Below are positions 63,109 through 64,000 of a stretch of DNA of 64,000 nt, one piece after another. The stretch comes from Nitrosopumilus sp. (GTDB lineage Archaea > Thermoproteota > Nitrososphaeria > Nitrososphaerales > Nitrosopumilaceae): NCBI GenBank assembly GCA_965203315.1, contig OZ241857.1:1632001-1696000 (forward strand), read 5' to 3'. The notes beneath the pieces were generated by a model. The model worked only from the letters and a program-made list of their open reading frames with translations, was not told where the DNA came from and did no database searches. Every line of letters begins with the position of its first letter. The stretch's first letter is position 1. The position numbers and the translations under genes were made by a program.

Positions 63109-63174
63109 GGGAGGGAGTCGAACCCCCTTGTATAGGCTTTGCAGGCCCACGCATAACCGTTCTGCCACCGCACC
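63103..63174 (-). tRNA. tRNA-Cys(GCA)
   Basis: GGTGCGGTGGCAGAACGGTTATGCGTGGGCCTGCAAAGCCTATACAAGGGGGTTCGACTCCCTCCCTCACCT; discriminator U. Confidence 0.9.
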
Positions 63175-63273
63175 GTTTTATGAAACAGAGATTGAATAAT
63201 TTAAGCTCTTGTCATGATCTAGCCCTTTCAGTCCCTGATGGCGCATGTCACATACTATCAAAGTTCCAACGAA

Positions 63274-63495
63274 TCAAAATTTACCCAAGTGTTTTGATGC
63301 TAGTCTTATGTCTTCGGCTTTTATGGTTCTTCGACGTGCATGTGATGCCATCTCTACTGCGTCTTTAGCAATACTAACAGCTATCTCTTCAACTACTCGG
63401 CGCAACTCTTCTGCTGACTCGTCGCTTATCCTCCCCGCTCCTGACTTTTTTAGAATTCGATACATGGCAGATAGCCCCAATTCTGACGTCTTCAT
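63274..63495 (-). CDS. Archaeal histone (HMf-type)
   Basis: RILKKSGAGRISDES...HARRRTIKAEDIRLA. Confidence 0.95.
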   Translation of the reverse strand: MKTSELGLSAMYRILKKSGAGRISDESAEELRRVVEEIAVSIAKDAVEMASHARRRTIKAEDIRLASKHLGKF

Positions 63496-63588
63496 GTATT
63501 ATAAATCACATATTTGAAAAAATACAACTATGTTAAAAAAATATCACTAAAAAATCGATTTATACAGACCTTTTTGATCACTTGTTGC

Positions 63589-64000
63589 ATGACTTTCTAT
63601 ATAGACTCTCATATCCATCTATCTGATCCAGTCTATCAGAATGGTACGTCCTTCATCTTGCAACAGATGAGTGTGTTGGGTATAAAGGCTTGTTGCGTAT
63701 CCGTGAATTCAAGTACCTCACTAGACACATTAGAACTCGATAAGACTACAGATGTGATCTTTCCTTTTGTTGGAATTCATCCAGAATTCACTGATGATGA
63801 TCTTGAAGCATTTGTATCTCTTGTAGAGGACAATCATAAACAGATATCTGGGATTGGAGAGATTGGTCTCGATCCAGTCTTTAGTGATGATGACTATGCT
63901 ACACAGATCAAAGTATTTGAGACACAACTAGATTTGGCTGAAAAATTTCACAAGCCGGTATCTATTCATTCTAGAAAGAGTCTGGAAGAGATCTTTTCTA
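63589..64000 (+). CDS. tatD: TatD-family hydrolase (runs off window)
   Basis: Hand translation from ATG 63589: MTFYIDSHIHLSD...GIHPE...IGEIGLD...PVSIHSR. Confidence 0.9.
   Translation, partial: MTFYIDSHIHLSDPVYQNGTSFILQQMSVLGIKACCVSVNSSTSLDTLELDKTTDVIFPFVGIHPEFTDDDLEAFVSLVEDNHKQISGIGEIGLDPVFSDDDYATQIKVFETQLDLAEKFHKPVSIHSRKSLEEIFS

Noticed and set aside
27-63927. Numerous short ORFs antisense to or overlapping identified genes (e.g. 27-530, 10800-11321, 32957-33484, 56672-57199, 63730-63927)
   Set aside because: Shadow frames of well-supported genes with no motifs of their own.

Overview
Archaeal chromosomal DNA whose gene set points to an ammonia-oxidising thaumarchaeon of the Nitrosopumilaceae type (inferred from exosome Rrp4/SBDS, two TFBs, a histone, NreA, cupredoxin, WIKxxAGWW repeats and class III PhaEC). 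Housekeeping blocks (tRNA synthetases, pdxST, purB, rtcB, rps11, thiL, tRNA-Thr, tRNA-Cys) alternate with accessory spacers rich in MITEs and decayed IS1595/IS5 elements. Main points: (1) at 11.5-21 kb, a CarH-like AdoB12-binding regulator (Wx9EH plus ExHxxG) has a non-MerR N-terminal domain, and a palindrome TTGGCACTA-TAGTGCCAA recurs in the promoters of that gene, an alternative TFB, a phytoene-desaturase-like oxidoreductase, a YbjT-like SDR and a DUF1722 gene, suggesting an archaeal light-responsive regulon; (2) a type IIG-like methyltransferase gene is frameshifted by about 67 copies of a pentanucleotide and coupled to a PLD-SNF2 helicase, suggesting phase variation; (3) an atypical 84-nt tRNA-like element has a long variable region and a GTC anticodon; (4) an unassigned five-member family of proteins with four CxxC pairs; (5) a PHA granule cluster. 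No CRISPR array or rRNA gene was seen. All calls come from reading the sequence and ORF track by eye; no searches were run.
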